The notes: a model not told the origin generated them from the letters alone. Counted from the first letter of the stretch, positions 41,432 to 51,540 are shown. The stretch is DNA of 64,000 nt from Acidobacteriota bacterium (GCA_965217775.1 CBDCJH010000002.1:832001-896000); one strand, 5' to 3'. Numbers and translations: made by a program.

Positions 41432-42142
41432 TCAGGCCCTGCGGATCAGCATCAACCCGCACCCAAATGACTTCGCCCGGCCCAAACCCCTGGCGAGGGC
41501 TGTGACGAAAGTACCGGGCTCCGTTACGGTCAGGATCCCTTTCAAATCGATTAAACCCAACGTGATGCGGTTTCGTCCGCCACGGGGAATACGACGAACC
41601 GAGTAGTTTTCAACTAGTATCTGCTCTACGAGAAATCCTTTGCTCTTTCCTTGGGCAGCTAGCCAGTCGTTTGCGACTTGACCCGCGACCTCCATCCGTA
41701 GGCCGGCCCGTGCGCTGACCGGATTACTGACATTGGTATTCTGACTTCGTGCTCTGTGTAAAGCATCCATGACGAGATCGACGCGCCGGTTGGGCTTGCG
41801 GCCGTTCTTGTCTTGCAGCACTCGGCGGTCCTTAGTCGCGTTCGCACGTAGGATAAAAGACAGGCGGTCACCAGGGGCCAATACCGGTGCGAAATCCGTC
41901 GTTTCCAGGGGCTGAAACACACCTGATTGAGTGGGCGCTCGACGTGAGAGTATGAAAAAGCGCCCGCTCCCGTCGGCCCGCCAAAGGAAGTCGCGAACCT
42001 TGTCCTTGCCTGGAAACAGTGTCCAGATCAGGCGGTGATGCGCGTCGAGCGCCCGGTTGAGATCGGCTGGATCCAAAAGAGGGGCGAGTGCCGCCATTCC
42101 TGCGTCTCGATCCAAAACAGCACGGGTCAGATAAAGGTTCAT
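41432..42142 (-). CDS. cas6e: Cas6e/Cse3
   Basis: HRLIWTLF, FLWR, LRAN, GLGRAKSFGCGLM. Confidence 0.95.
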   Translation of the reverse strand: MNLYLTRAVLDRDAGMAALAPLLDPADLNRALDAHHRLIWTLFPGKDKVRDFLWRADGSGRFFILSRRAPTQSGVFQPLETTDFAPVLAPGDRLSFILRANATKDRRVLQDKNGRKPNRRVDLVMDALHRARSQNTNVSNPVSARAGLRMEVAGQVANDWLAAQGKSKGFLVEQILVENYSVRRIPRGGRNRITLGLIDLKGILTVTEPGTFVTALARGLGRAKSFGCGLMLIRRA

Positions 42143-42834
42143 GTACTCGTATCGAGATCGAAGCGCCAGACTTCAGCTTGTCCAAAATGCCATTTGACTC
42201 GATCCACCGGTTCAACGGGTAGGATCTCAATTTGGTCCGGGCTTTCTCCAGGGAACGGGTCGCATGTCACGGCGCCCGGAGAAGTGCGACGGAGCCAGGA
42301 TGGGGGAGAGACAGAAGTTAACGCGGCCACCGGATTCGGCGCGTCTATAAGGACTGGTTTCATTGGTGCCGCCAGCGGACAGGATTTTCGCCCCAGATAG
42401 AGCACGAACATCGGCCGCCGTAAGGCCATTGCAAGTTTCCGCAGAGGCCACCGTCCATTCTCACGCCACACCACGACGGCAAAAGCCACGTCTGTGCGGT
42501 AGTCGCGTAGCGTGATGATTGTATTGGGAACGTGCTCAAGTTCCTCGAATGCGGCGCGGCGGCTGTCAGGGTGTTTGATCTTCGACGGAATCGTCTGGAC
42601 GGTGTGATAATCGCGCAGTGGCAAGCTCTCCGTCAGCGGGCGAACACCGACACGGTAGTTTAGTAATTCGGCCTGCCGGTCAGAATCTGTCCGTTCAATG
42701 CCCAATGCAGCGCCAAGTAATCCGAGAATTGCGGAACGTGATGGAACAATATCCGAGCCGCGTCGTTCCTGACCCGCATAGGTCCCGAAAGCTCCCATTG
42801 GGCCACACAGGATGAAAACGAGATGCTCATTCAT
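42139..42834 (-). CDS. cas5: Cas5e
   Basis: GPMGAFG, PSRSAILGLLGAALGI, DYHT, YLGRKSCP. Confidence 0.95.
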   Translation of the reverse strand: MNEHLVFILCGPMGAFGTYAGQERRGSDIVPSRSAILGLLGAALGIERTDSDRQAELLNYRVGVRPLTESLPLRDYHTVQTIPSKIKHPDSRRAAFEELEHVPNTIITLRDYRTDVAFAVVVWRENGRWPLRKLAMALRRPMFVLYLGRKSCPLAAPMKPVLIDAPNPVAALTSVSPPSWLRRTSPGAVTCDPFPGESPDQIEILPVEPVDRVKWHFGQAEVWRFDLDTST

Positions 42835-43897
42835 CTGATATCTGCCCTGATGCAAAGGCCTTGATCGTGCGCAGGTCTCCGTTTCGGCTCTCTACGTTCA
42901 TGATTTTGAATTCTCTCGCTTGTGGACCGTATGCGTCGTCGATTTTCTCTGCCATCGTTTCGAGTGCCACGACGGACGCCCGCATCAGATCGCTTCCTGT
43001 TACCGGCTTGAGAAATGCAGCCGCAAGGCTGCGAGGTTGGATCTGTCCTGCCTCGGCACGGATATATCCCGCACGTACATGATGATTGTAGCTGTTGCGC
43101 TTTCCGGACGGGCTCGACGTCGCGAACGCTTCCACTGCTGCCTCTATGGCTTGGCGTGCCAGAGCGCGGTCACCGTTGAGGTTTCTTACCAAGAGGCTCG
43201 TGTCGATGCAGGTGTAGAGGTAATAAACGCCTGAACCAAATCCGGCATCTCCTACGAAGCCCGCGCCCATGTCCTCTGCGGGCCGGCTCAGATCATCGAC
43301 CGCAGTGTAGTAGTCATCCTCGACAACGGCTCTGTGGGTCGTGATCGCATGCGAAACTTGTACTGCCGCTTCGCGATTGAAATTGGGGTCGTCCGCGAGC
43401 ATCCGACCGAACATGGCCACATCAACAGCGCCGTCTGCGGTGCGCAGTATGACTTGGTTGAGTTTGTCCGGCTTGGCTTCTCCGGCTAGCATCCTGTTCG
43501 CCCAATCGATCGCTGCCGCGCGCTCTTCCGGCGAAACGAACGCAAGCTGGCGGATACGAATGTGGGCGGGATTTTTCTTGATCGCCGCCTTATCCAATTT
43601 GCCGAAAATGGCAGCGACGGTTTGAGCGATCTTGCGCGCCTTGCTTTCGGACGCGCCCTTTCCCAGGAGATGTTTGCAGACTTCTTCTCCGATGCGTCGG
43701 GTGCGTTCGCCCATATGTCCCTGTAGCTCCCTCTTCATCGCATCTGACAGGCGTGCTGCGCGTTTGATCGATTGTGAAGACAAACGGAGGCGCGGTATGC
43801 CGCCGTAGATAGCAGTTTTCGGGCGACCCTGATCGTCACGGTTCGGATTGGACGGTGGATACACAGTCAGGAAATGTAACTGAATGAAACAGGTCAT
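42827..43897 (-). CDS. cas7: Cas7/Cse4
   Basis: NPNRDDQGRPK, SSQSIKR, AMFGRM, DYYTAVDD. Confidence 0.96.
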   Translation of the reverse strand: MTCFIQLHFLTVYPPSNPNRDDQGRPKTAIYGGIPRLRLSSQSIKRAARLSDAMKRELQGHMGERTRRIGEEVCKHLLGKGASESKARKIAQTVAAIFGKLDKAAIKKNPAHIRIRQLAFVSPEERAAAIDWANRMLAGEAKPDKLNQVILRTADGAVDVAMFGRMLADDPNFNREAAVQVSHAITTHRAVVEDDYYTAVDDLSRPAEDMGAGFVGDAGFGSGVYYLYTCIDTSLLVRNLNGDRALARQAIEAAVEAFATSSPSGKRNSYNHHVRAGYIRAEAGQIQPRSLAAAFLKPVTGSDLMRASVVALETMAEKIDDAYGPQAREFKIMNVESRNGDLRTIKAFASGQISDE

Positions 43898-44421
43898 GAG
43901 TCGATCTCCAGTGAAATCCGTTTGGGGGCTGCGTCAGTGGCACCGAAATACTGGAAGCACCATGCCGTGCGGGTACCCTCGTTCCAGTGATAGAGGTCGT
44001 TGCCCAGAGCACTGACATTGACAGGAGTCCGTCGAACGATGGACATGGCCCTGCGTAGCGGGCGGATGAGATCCGCCTGAGTGGTCGTTTGGATGAGGTT
44101 CTGAAAGCGCATTTCGCTCAATGCACGGGGGCTGTTCCTGGATTCGCGCCGGCCCAAGACCGTAGCGAGTCTTGGGCGTCCGTCTTCCGTGACGCGAGCC
44201 AGCACGATGGCGACGAGCGCCAAGCGATCTGCCCGCGGGTGATAACCAGCCGACCGAAGCCGCCCGTTGAGGTCATGCGTAGCCTCGACGGTTAGCGCCT
44301 CCGCGGGGGTGGCGCAGCGACGAAATCGGGCGCGGGTCATACGTGCAGTACCGTCATCTGCATTGAACGTATGCCACCACCAGTCTGCGCAGACCATACC
44401 CGGGGATTTCTTGTCCCTCAT
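43894..44421 (-). CDS. cse2: Cas11/Cse2
   Basis: RARFRRC, LSEMRFQNL, position in the Cascade operon. Confidence 0.9.
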   Translation of the reverse strand: MRDKKSPGMVCADWWWHTFNADDGTARMTRARFRRCATPAEALTVEATHDLNGRLRSAGYHPRADRLALVAIVLARVTEDGRPRLATVLGRRESRNSPRALSEMRFQNLIQTTTQADLIRPLRRAMSIVRRTPVNVSALGNDLYHWNEGTRTAWCFQYFGATDAAPKRISLEIDS

Positions 44422-45902
44422 TTGCCGGTCTCCGTTACTTTCGCGTCCAGATTAAGCGTTCGTCGGATGGGGCCGGTGGTAAACGCAGACAGCAGCTTCT
44501 TCCGTGCGTTCACGATTTTCTCAATGTCAGCCGCGCTACGATCGACCAGTGATGGAACGGCATGGAGGTCGAACAACTCTAGTGCTGTCCGCCGCAGGGT
44601 ATTCAGCCACTGCTCTTCAACCTCCGTTCCGTTTGGCATCGGTGCCGCCTTCGTAGCGTTGACAAAGTCGGACTCAGTTGTGGCAAAAAAGGTTTCCGAA
44701 ACAGTCTCAACGGCGTTGCCCTTCATTCCGACCGACGTTCTCAATAGCCTTTTCAATGTGCTGGCTGCGGCGTTGGCGGCCTCAACCAGCGCGCCCACGA
44801 GGAGTTCCGTATTCTGGTCCGATGGAAAAGTCGGGTATACGTGCAGGCTGAAATCCCTGGCTTGCATATTCTTCGTCGCCCAGCCTCCAGCGAAAACCTC
44901 GGTGGCCGGTGGGTTGTAAAGAGAATTGAACCGATGGATCGATGTTGCGACTACACGGGTCTCGTTGCTTTCTCCAAAGGTGAGTCCCAGCCAGTTGCGG
45001 TAGCTCACCTTGCCTGGCTGCGCAAGTTGTGGAAGGAATTCATCACCGACTTTTTTTCGATAATAGGGCGACAGCGGATGTTTCCAACCGTGGTAGTTGG
45101 TTCCGTGTCGCTTCTGCACGACTCCGGTCATCTTGTTCGCCTTGAACAGTAGCCGCAGCCGTCTGGGCATTCCGAAGAATGCTTCGGCGGAGTGGGACAT
45201 ACCTGGAGTTGCGAGTTCGCCTTTTGATGATGTCCGGGTTTTGCGTAGCCACGGCAATGCTTCGCTCGCTCGCTCGGCCGGGAGCGGCGCTCCTTCCGGT
45301 ACGTTGCACCAGACCATCCGCCAAAGTGCATGCGCGTCTGCGTCGACGGGTTGCACCAACGTCACCAAGGGGCCGCCACCACGCATCGAGGTGCGATTTC
45401 CCGCTCCGCCGGTGGGTGCGAAGTCTTGAAGTGCGTAGAGCGCCATTGCCGCTAACGGGAGGGGTAAGTTGGTGTATCGATCACGCTTGACCGTCAAGTC
45501 GGCATTTTTTTTCTTTGTGAGTTCTCCTGCACCGTCGATGAACAGCATGTCCGGTGGTTTGATCGCACTCGGTTTCGCCCCGACCTCAAATGGTTCCATG
45601 TCCTGCAGGAAGCGGGGACCATCTCCGGTCAGCTCGAAGTGCGGCGTGAAGGGTTTGAGGGCGCAACGTAAGCGGCCCGGATCGGGCGTTTCGTAGCGCT
45701 CATGCCAGTCGGCGTCGTGACACGGGGGATCGGCGAGGAACACCAATCCGATTAGCAGTTCGAGGCAGGCAAGGTTCAGATCGCCCCGGGGCCAGTCGAG
45801 GCGGACGACCCCTTCTCTCGCAATCTCGTCTGGCCGAAGCGTGATCCGCCCTCCATCCCGGATTGCGGGGATCCATCGGTCGCTGATGAGATTAAGGGGC
45901 AT
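44418..45902 (-). CDS. cse1: Cas8e/Cse1
   Basis: NLISDRWIP, FLQD, GGAGNRTSMRGGGP, FFGMPRR, HPLSPY. Confidence 0.94.
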   Translation of the reverse strand: MPLNLISDRWIPAIRDGGRITLRPDEIAREGVVRLDWPRGDLNLACLELLIGLVFLADPPCHDADWHERYETPDPGRLRCALKPFTPHFELTGDGPRFLQDMEPFEVGAKPSAIKPPDMLFIDGAGELTKKKNADLTVKRDRYTNLPLPLAAMALYALQDFAPTGGAGNRTSMRGGGPLVTLVQPVDADAHALWRMVWCNVPEGAPLPAERASEALPWLRKTRTSSKGELATPGMSHSAEAFFGMPRRLRLLFKANKMTGVVQKRHGTNYHGWKHPLSPYYRKKVGDEFLPQLAQPGKVSYRNWLGLTFGESNETRVVATSIHRFNSLYNPPATEVFAGGWATKNMQARDFSLHVYPTFPSDQNTELLVGALVEAANAAASTLKRLLRTSVGMKGNAVETVSETFFATTESDFVNATKAAPMPNGTEVEEQWLNTLRRTALELFDLHAVPSLVDRSAADIEKIVNARKKLLSAFTTGPIRRTLNLDAKVTETGK

Positions 45903-45923
45903 CTTGGCCTACGGCTTCTGTAT

Positions 45924-46034
45924 AAAAGAAGTCCGTTCATTCGGACGCAATTACTATCGGAATACGTCTCGCTGCTGGGCGATACATACTACGGAGTGCG
46001 CGTAGAACCACCATCGATCTCCGCGATAGTCGGG
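45924..46034 (-). other. Degenerate CRISPR-repeat-like units plus hairpin/U-tract (candidate crRNA-like regulatory RNA)
   Basis: 46034-46011 matches the repeat at 18/24 positions with one gap. 46011-45980 has the repeat architecture (GTGGTTC, stem, ATGTATCG). Hairpin GTCCG-N6-CGGAC-TTCTTTT about 33 nt downstream. Confidence 0.4.
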
Positions 46035-46143
46035 TTGTTTTCGACACGTCACAGTCAGAGATCCCAATCTAAGGAGACGACCATACAGGGATGCTCTGTC
46101 AACTTTCACGACATGGTGAGTAGATTCACACGACCGGGACATT

Positions 46144-48678
46144 TCACGTCGAAAACATCAGTCCCCATTCGGGATCGTATCGCACTCCTTCGCAGACCAG
46201 GCCATCCTCGCCTACGGGGCAGAGGACGAGGTGATCGCGCTTCCCCTTTGACCACGCGGCCTTGATCTCGGCGATCTCAGGCTCCGATTGATCGGGCAAC
46301 TCGACGGGGCGGAGGCGTCGGCCAGCGCAGCGCACTTCCGAAAGTACCCAGGCGCTCACCGATGTCTCCGCATCGCACCAGGGTGACAGCCGGTGGGCCT
46401 TTCGGCGGGCCAGGACCAACGTTTTCTCTTCTTCGCCAAGGCGAGTAGGAAACTTTTCCTCGCTCCAGACCCTGCCCTTTGTGCCTTTGAGGTAGCCGTC
46501 GTCCGGGATTACCACGTTCTGTTGAGCTATTGCGGACTCAGCGAGCGCCCTACCCTCGGCGTCAAAGAGCGCGTTGGTGAGTGGCTCCGGTACTTCCAGC
46601 GGATTTGAGCCGTGAACGGACTCGATCAGAGTCCTCAGTTTTTCGGGCGAGTTGATCGTGCCGGCGTCGAACACGGACCGAGCGGTTCGCCACTGATGGT
46701 CGTGCCGGTAGACGTAGGCACCTTTGCAGAGCACCCGATTGAGCCAGCGAGCATCTGTCACCCTGTCTGGATCGGGAGAAAGGATTACCAGCTCTGGACC
46801 AGGCACCGGGCGGGCTGTAATGGGGCGCCGGTCCATGTGACGCCAGAGCCGACCTGTACGCTGGATCAACGCGCCGATCGGCGCGAGGTCTGACACCACC
46901 AGATCGAAGTCCAGGTCCAGCGACGTCTCGACAACCTGTGTGGCTACCAGCACTCGACCCCCACGACCGATCCCGTCCCGCCCGAATCGGGCCATCGCCG
47001 CGGCCTCGTGTCGGAGACGGTCTCCAAGGACGAAGCGGGCGTGTAACAAGCTGGCCGGGCAGCCTTGATCATGGAGACTCTTGACCGCGGTGATAGCGTC
47101 ATCGACGGCGTTACGAACCCATAAGCAGGCCGCGCCTGCCTCGGCGCCTTTCACCAGCATTTCGATCGCGACCTCCTCGGAGTCGATCCGCGTGACGCGA
47201 ACGGAGCGACAGGTAGTCGGTACGGGCTCAACAGAGCGAGTTCGGATTTCCGTACCGACAAGGGCGAGCGCCGGGTAGTCTTTGTGGCTCAAGTGGACCG
47301 CCGGCCGACCCATTCCGCTGCGGAATGCCTGAGCGTACGCTTGTCTCATCCTCATCGGTAAAGTCGCCGTCATGACGATCGCAGAACCGCCGCTCATCGC
47401 CTGCATCTTGAGCAGCATTTCGAGTTGGCACTGCATATACGGGTCGTAGGTGTGCGCTTCGTCCACGATTAGAATTCGGTCCACCAATCCAAACAATCTC
47501 AACGTGGCAAATCGCGTCGGCAGGATGCCCATGAGCGCTTGATCAATGGTTCCCACTCCGATCTCCGCTAGCAGCGAACGACGGCGGTCATCTGCGAGCC
47601 ACCGCGTGCAACCGGCCTCAGGGGTCGCGTCGTCTCCGGCACCGATAAGAGCGCGGAAACCTTCATGCAGCGCTGCTCGACCATGAGCCAGAGTCAACGA
47701 GGGAGGAGCCTCGAAGAGGCGCGCCGCCACTTTAGTCATCCGCTCAAACATGGCATTTGCCGTGGCCATCGTTGGTAGCGCGAAGAAAATGCCGCGCGCG
47801 CGCCCCAAAGCAATCATCCGATGCGCAAGGATCAGCGCGGCTTCGGTTTTTCCGGAGCCTGTCGTGTCCTCGATTAGAGCGAGGACAGGACCGTCAGGAA
47901 GAATGACGCTTTCTGTAGCGGACTGCATAGGCCGCAGATCCGGTAGGTGCGTCAGAGTCTGGGCGTTAATCCCCAAAGACACCGAGACGGTGTCCAGTCC
48001 GGCCTTCGCCACCGCCTTTTCGGCTTGGGCGCGCGCGCACTCCAGATAGTCTGCCGGGACGATGTCTGACGAGGCGGGAGGGAACCAATCCGTGTTCGAC
48101 CCCACCCAGTCCGATGCAACGGTAAGCCCGGAAAGCGCCCAACTCAGTCTCCGTGCGCCACGCTGGTCCATTCCCGCCAGTGATCCGCCCGGCAGTAGTT
48201 TGAGGAGGAGCGACGTCCACACCGATGCGGCTTTCGTCGCCGCATATCCGATGGCGTTCCTACGTCTTTGTATCTTCCGCCGATTGTTCGATCGATCCGG
48301 TGGGCCACCGTGGTGCCCGGACACGGCAGCATACAATTCACTTCTCGTGTAGCCGTCGCCACCGAGTGCCCGGCCAATGATCGGGTCGAGCACCGTTGTC
48401 AGTAGCAGGTCCGACAAAGTCCAGTGGCGATACGCGCTTGGACCTTGGTCACGAAGCATCGCGCGGAATGTCTGGGATAGTTTGCCCACGTCGTGCAGCG
48501 CAACCAATACAACCAATCCGCGTCGCTGGGAGGATGACAACCTGGAAAAAGCCCGGTGACCGTCGATCAGACGCTCGGCGCAGGCGGCGACATCCAGCAT
48601 ATGCCAGATGGCGGGATGTTCGCGGGGCTTGCTCTTACCTGGCCAGTCGCGGGCCAGCGAAAAAGAGTCTTCGATCAT
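46144..48678 (-). CDS. cas3: Cas3 HD nuclease/helicase
   Basis: HMLDV, HDVGK, GHHG, TGSGKTEA, DEAH, QRTGRLWRH. Confidence 0.97.
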   Translation of the reverse strand: MIEDSFSLARDWPGKSKPREHPAIWHMLDVAACAERLIDGHRAFSRLSSSQRRGLVVLVALHDVGKLSQTFRAMLRDQGPSAYRHWTLSDLLLTTVLDPIIGRALGGDGYTRSELYAAVSGHHGGPPDRSNNRRKIQRRRNAIGYAATKAASVWTSLLLKLLPGGSLAGMDQRGARRLSWALSGLTVASDWVGSNTDWFPPASSDIVPADYLECARAQAEKAVAKAGLDTVSVSLGINAQTLTHLPDLRPMQSATESVILPDGPVLALIEDTTGSGKTEAALILAHRMIALGRARGIFFALPTMATANAMFERMTKVAARLFEAPPSLTLAHGRAALHEGFRALIGAGDDATPEAGCTRWLADDRRRSLLAEIGVGTIDQALMGILPTRFATLRLFGLVDRILIVDEAHTYDPYMQCQLEMLLKMQAMSGGSAIVMTATLPMRMRQAYAQAFRSGMGRPAVHLSHKDYPALALVGTEIRTRSVEPVPTTCRSVRVTRIDSEEVAIEMLVKGAEAGAACLWVRNAVDDAITAVKSLHDQGCPASLLHARFVLGDRLRHEAAAMARFGRDGIGRGGRVLVATQVVETSLDLDFDLVVSDLAPIGALIQRTGRLWRHMDRRPITARPVPGPELVILSPDPDRVTDARWLNRVLCKGAYVYRHDHQWRTARSVFDAGTINSPEKLRTLIESVHGSNPLEVPEPLTNALFDAEGRALAESAIAQQNVVIPDDGYLKGTKGRVWSEEKFPTRLGEEEKTLVLARRKAHRLSPWCDAETSVSAWVLSEVRCAGRRLRPVELPDQSEPEIAEIKAAWSKGKRDHLVLCPVGEDGLVCEGVRYDPEWGLMFST

Positions 48679-48825
48679 TTCGGGTCTTCCTGATCAGGCG
48701 GACGCTCTCCATCCTCAGTCGTTCGATTCGTTTCCGAGGCCGATGGGTGAGGTTGGCGATAGTGCTTTTGCCTGAAAGGGAATCAACACTTGGTATAGAT
48801 TTCACAGGGCAGGAACGCCGGAACT

Positions 48826-49824
48826 TCAGGTCAGCATGCGGAGGAACATCGCAACGCGTTCCAACTTCTCGACCTCGTTTGGGTCCAGGCCGTCAGGTGC
48901 AAAATGCATCACCTCGTTTCGCATCTCCCTCACTTGGCCCAAATTGTGTGTGAAGGTGGCGCGGTCCACTCGCAATCCCAACCTGTCCCATCGATCCGGG
49001 TTTTCAAGGAGTCGGCAATAGGTGCCGAAGTTGAGGTCCCAGGAGCCCTCTATCGGTGTGCTCGGATCATCGGACGCCTCCGCCATCTCTTCGAGAGTGA
49101 ATTTGCTCACGAGATTACGCAGATGAAGCTCGATTTCGCCTATGACCAGGAACGGTTGGGCAAGCTGCGCGAACTGTCTGGCGAAATCGCTTGCCGTCAC
49201 GATTCCTGAGATGGTCCGGTCGACGTCTCGCACCAGAACGTATCCATGTTCCCAGATGTCCTTGATCGCATTGAACAAGGGTGCGTTGATGGCTATTTCC
49301 CGATGAGGCTCCATCCAGTGGCGGACCTCGTCGCTCTGGCATCCTAGCGTGAACGCCGTTCCGATCGACCGCCAACTGACCACGCCCTTCACGTCGCGTT
49401 CGTTTGCCATCACGGGGAGCTGCGAGAAATCCTCGATCAGCATGATCGTCGTCGCCTTGGCGAGCGGGTTGTTCGGCCGCACGCTGGTCAGTTTGCAGCG
49501 GGCTGTCGGAAGTACGCGGATACGCACGGTCGGATCGACCGGCTCTTTCCGGACGTCCGTCGCCTCCATGTCCAGCTCGATCGAGATGTCGCCGTCGATA
49601 TGCTCGCGCTCGAAATCGGGGACCGTGCGTAGATTCAGTTCCGCGAATTTGGTCCTGATCCGCCGGATAAGCCTGTCGCTTCGGCGCGCGTAATTGAACC
49701 AACCCAGAAGCTCGCGGACCGTCGTGGGTTCCGCAACAGGCATAGCCCCACTATCCCGTTCGGCTTTCATCCTGTCTGCGAGTTTTTGAAGTTTCTCGTC
49801 AGCTTGATAGGGCATCTCTCTCAT
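48826..49824 (-). CDS. CBS-pair + C-terminal HEPN-like (Swt1-type) fusion protein
   Basis: CBS motifs FSQLPV..VKGVVSW and VLVRD..ISGIVTASD. Helical C-domain with EIELHLR and RNEVMH (Rx4H). Confidence 0.8.
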   Translation of the reverse strand: MREMPYQADEKLQKLADRMKAERDSGAMPVAEPTTVRELLGWFNYARRSDRLIRRIRTKFAELNLRTVPDFEREHIDGDISIELDMEATDVRKEPVDPTVRIRVLPTARCKLTSVRPNNPLAKATTIMLIEDFSQLPVMANERDVKGVVSWRSIGTAFTLGCQSDEVRHWMEPHREIAINAPLFNAIKDIWEHGYVLVRDVDRTISGIVTASDFARQFAQLAQPFLVIGEIELHLRNLVSKFTLEEMAEASDDPSTPIEGSWDLNFGTYCRLLENPDRWDRLGLRVDRATFTHNLGQVREMRNEVMHFAPDGLDPNEVEKLERVAMFLRMLT

Positions 49825-49860
49825 TCCACAAATGTTGTTGAATCGGGCCGGACCTTCAAA

Positions 49861-51540
49861 TCAAAACCCCGGAGGTCGCCGGGAGTGATGGTCGGTGACC
49901 TGCTGGTAGGCTTGGCCCAGGGCCAGGATCCGGGACTCGTCGAAGAGTCGCCCGGTCACGGTGATGCTGGTGGGACGGCCCTCGGGGTCGAACCCATTGG
50001 GCAGGCAGAGGCTGGGGAGCCCCGTCAGGTTGGTGAGCCGCACATTCTGGCTGAAGCTGGGGGCCAGGTAGGCGTCGATCCCGGACATCAGGCGGGCCAT
50101 GTCCTCCATGAGCAATGAGCGCAGCCGGTTGGCCTGAATGTACTCGACGGCCGGAACGAAGCGGGCCTGACGGAACATGTTGGGCCAGTTGTTCTCCTCC
50201 TGTTCCCTCAACAGGTCGTCCTGGTTGTTCCGCGTGAACTCGTCGAAGGCCGCCGCCGCCTCGGTGTAGAGAATCAGCTCCGGCGCGAGAGGACGCTTCG
50301 GCAGCTCGATGGGGACCAGGTCGACCCCCAGGGATCGGAAGACCTCCAGGCTCCGGGCATCGTTCTCCTTGGCGGCTGCTTCCTCCTGTTCCTGAAAGGG
50401 GCTCTCGGCGTAGCCTACCCGGAGCCCCTCCAAATTGTCTCCGACGGGCCACACGAAGGGACGATCGCAGGTGGTCCGGTCGTGGGGATCGAGTCCATGG
50501 ATGGCGGCGAACACCAGGGCGCAGTCTTCGGCGCTGCGGCAGATGGGACCGAGCTTGTCCAGGCTCCAGCTCAGGGTCATGGCGCCGTGACGGCTGACCC
50601 GTCCGAAAGTCGGTCTCAGGCCCGTGACTCCGCAGGTGGCGGAAGGATAGACGATGGACCCCATGGTCTCGGATCCGATGGAGAAACCCACCAGGCCGGT
50701 GGCCGTCGCCGCGGCCGAACCGGCTGATGACCCCTTCGAGCCTTCGTCCAGCTTCCAAGGGTTGCGGGTCTGCCCGCCGTACCAGACGTCGACTGCGGCC
50801 AGAGCCCCCAGGCTGAGCTTGGCGATCAGCACCGCGCCCGCGTCCTCCAGCATGCGGACCACGGTGGCGTCCAGGTCCAGGGTCTGGTCGCGATGGGAGG
50901 TGGCTCCCCAGGTGGTTCGATATCCTCGGACCGCCAACAGATCCTTGGCGCCCCACGGGATTCCGTGGAGCGGCCCCCGGTAGCGTCCACGAGCCAGCTC
51001 CCGGTCGGCGCGGCGCGCCTGTTCCAGGGCCAACTCCTCGGTGTAGGAGATGACGCATTCGAGCTTTTCGGCGTATTTCCTGAGGCGCTCCAGATAGAGG
51101 CGGGTCAGTTCCACGGAGCTCACTTTCCGGGCCTTGACCGCCGGCGCCAGACGGGAGAGGGGCCAATAGGCCAGATCCTCCGGACGGCCGGGAACGTCAG
51201 GGATCGGAGACGAGAGTTTGGCCGCTGTCCCGGCGGGCGGTTGCGGCACGCTCCCGCGGGGAATGGGATCGAACTGGATGGCGGGAGGCACCGAATTGTC
51301 CAGAGAGAACTCCCGGAGGTTTCCGAAGAACTCCAGGCTCTGATTGACCCGCTTGAGCATCTGCTCCCGTTCGGGGAGCGTGAAATCCAGGCCGATGACC
51401 TGTTGGGCCGCTTGCAGAATTTCCGCGGTGATTCTCATCTCCGTGTCCACGGGAGACTCCTCCCGGCAGGAAGCCAGAACCAGGCCGCTTCCCGAAAGGG
51501 AGGTGAGCGCCTGCCTGCGCGTCCACTTGGAGTCACTCAC
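49861..51540 (-). CDS. Amidase-signature family enzyme, Tat/lipoprotein-like N-terminus
   Basis: GPLHGIPWGAKDL, GSSAGS, GSETMGSI; TRRQAL..LASC. Confidence 0.92.
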   Translation of the reverse strand: MSDSKWTRRQALTSLSGSGLVLASCREESPVDTEMRITAEILQAAQQVIGLDFTLPEREQMLKRVNQSLEFFGNLREFSLDNSVPPAIQFDPIPRGSVPQPPAGTAAKLSSPIPDVPGRPEDLAYWPLSRLAPAVKARKVSSVELTRLYLERLRKYAEKLECVISYTEELALEQARRADRELARGRYRGPLHGIPWGAKDLLAVRGYRTTWGATSHRDQTLDLDATVVRMLEDAGAVLIAKLSLGALAAVDVWYGGQTRNPWKLDEGSKGSSAGSAAATATGLVGFSIGSETMGSIVYPSATCGVTGLRPTFGRVSRHGAMTLSWSLDKLGPICRSAEDCALVFAAIHGLDPHDRTTCDRPFVWPVGDNLEGLRVGYAESPFQEQEEAAAKENDARSLEVFRSLGVDLVPIELPKRPLAPELILYTEAAAAFDEFTRNNQDDLLREQEENNWPNMFRQARFVPAVEYIQANRLRSLLMEDMARLMSGIDAYLAPSFSQNVRLTNLTGLPSLCLPNGFDPEGRPTSITVTGRLFDESRILALGQAYQQVTDHHSRRPPGF

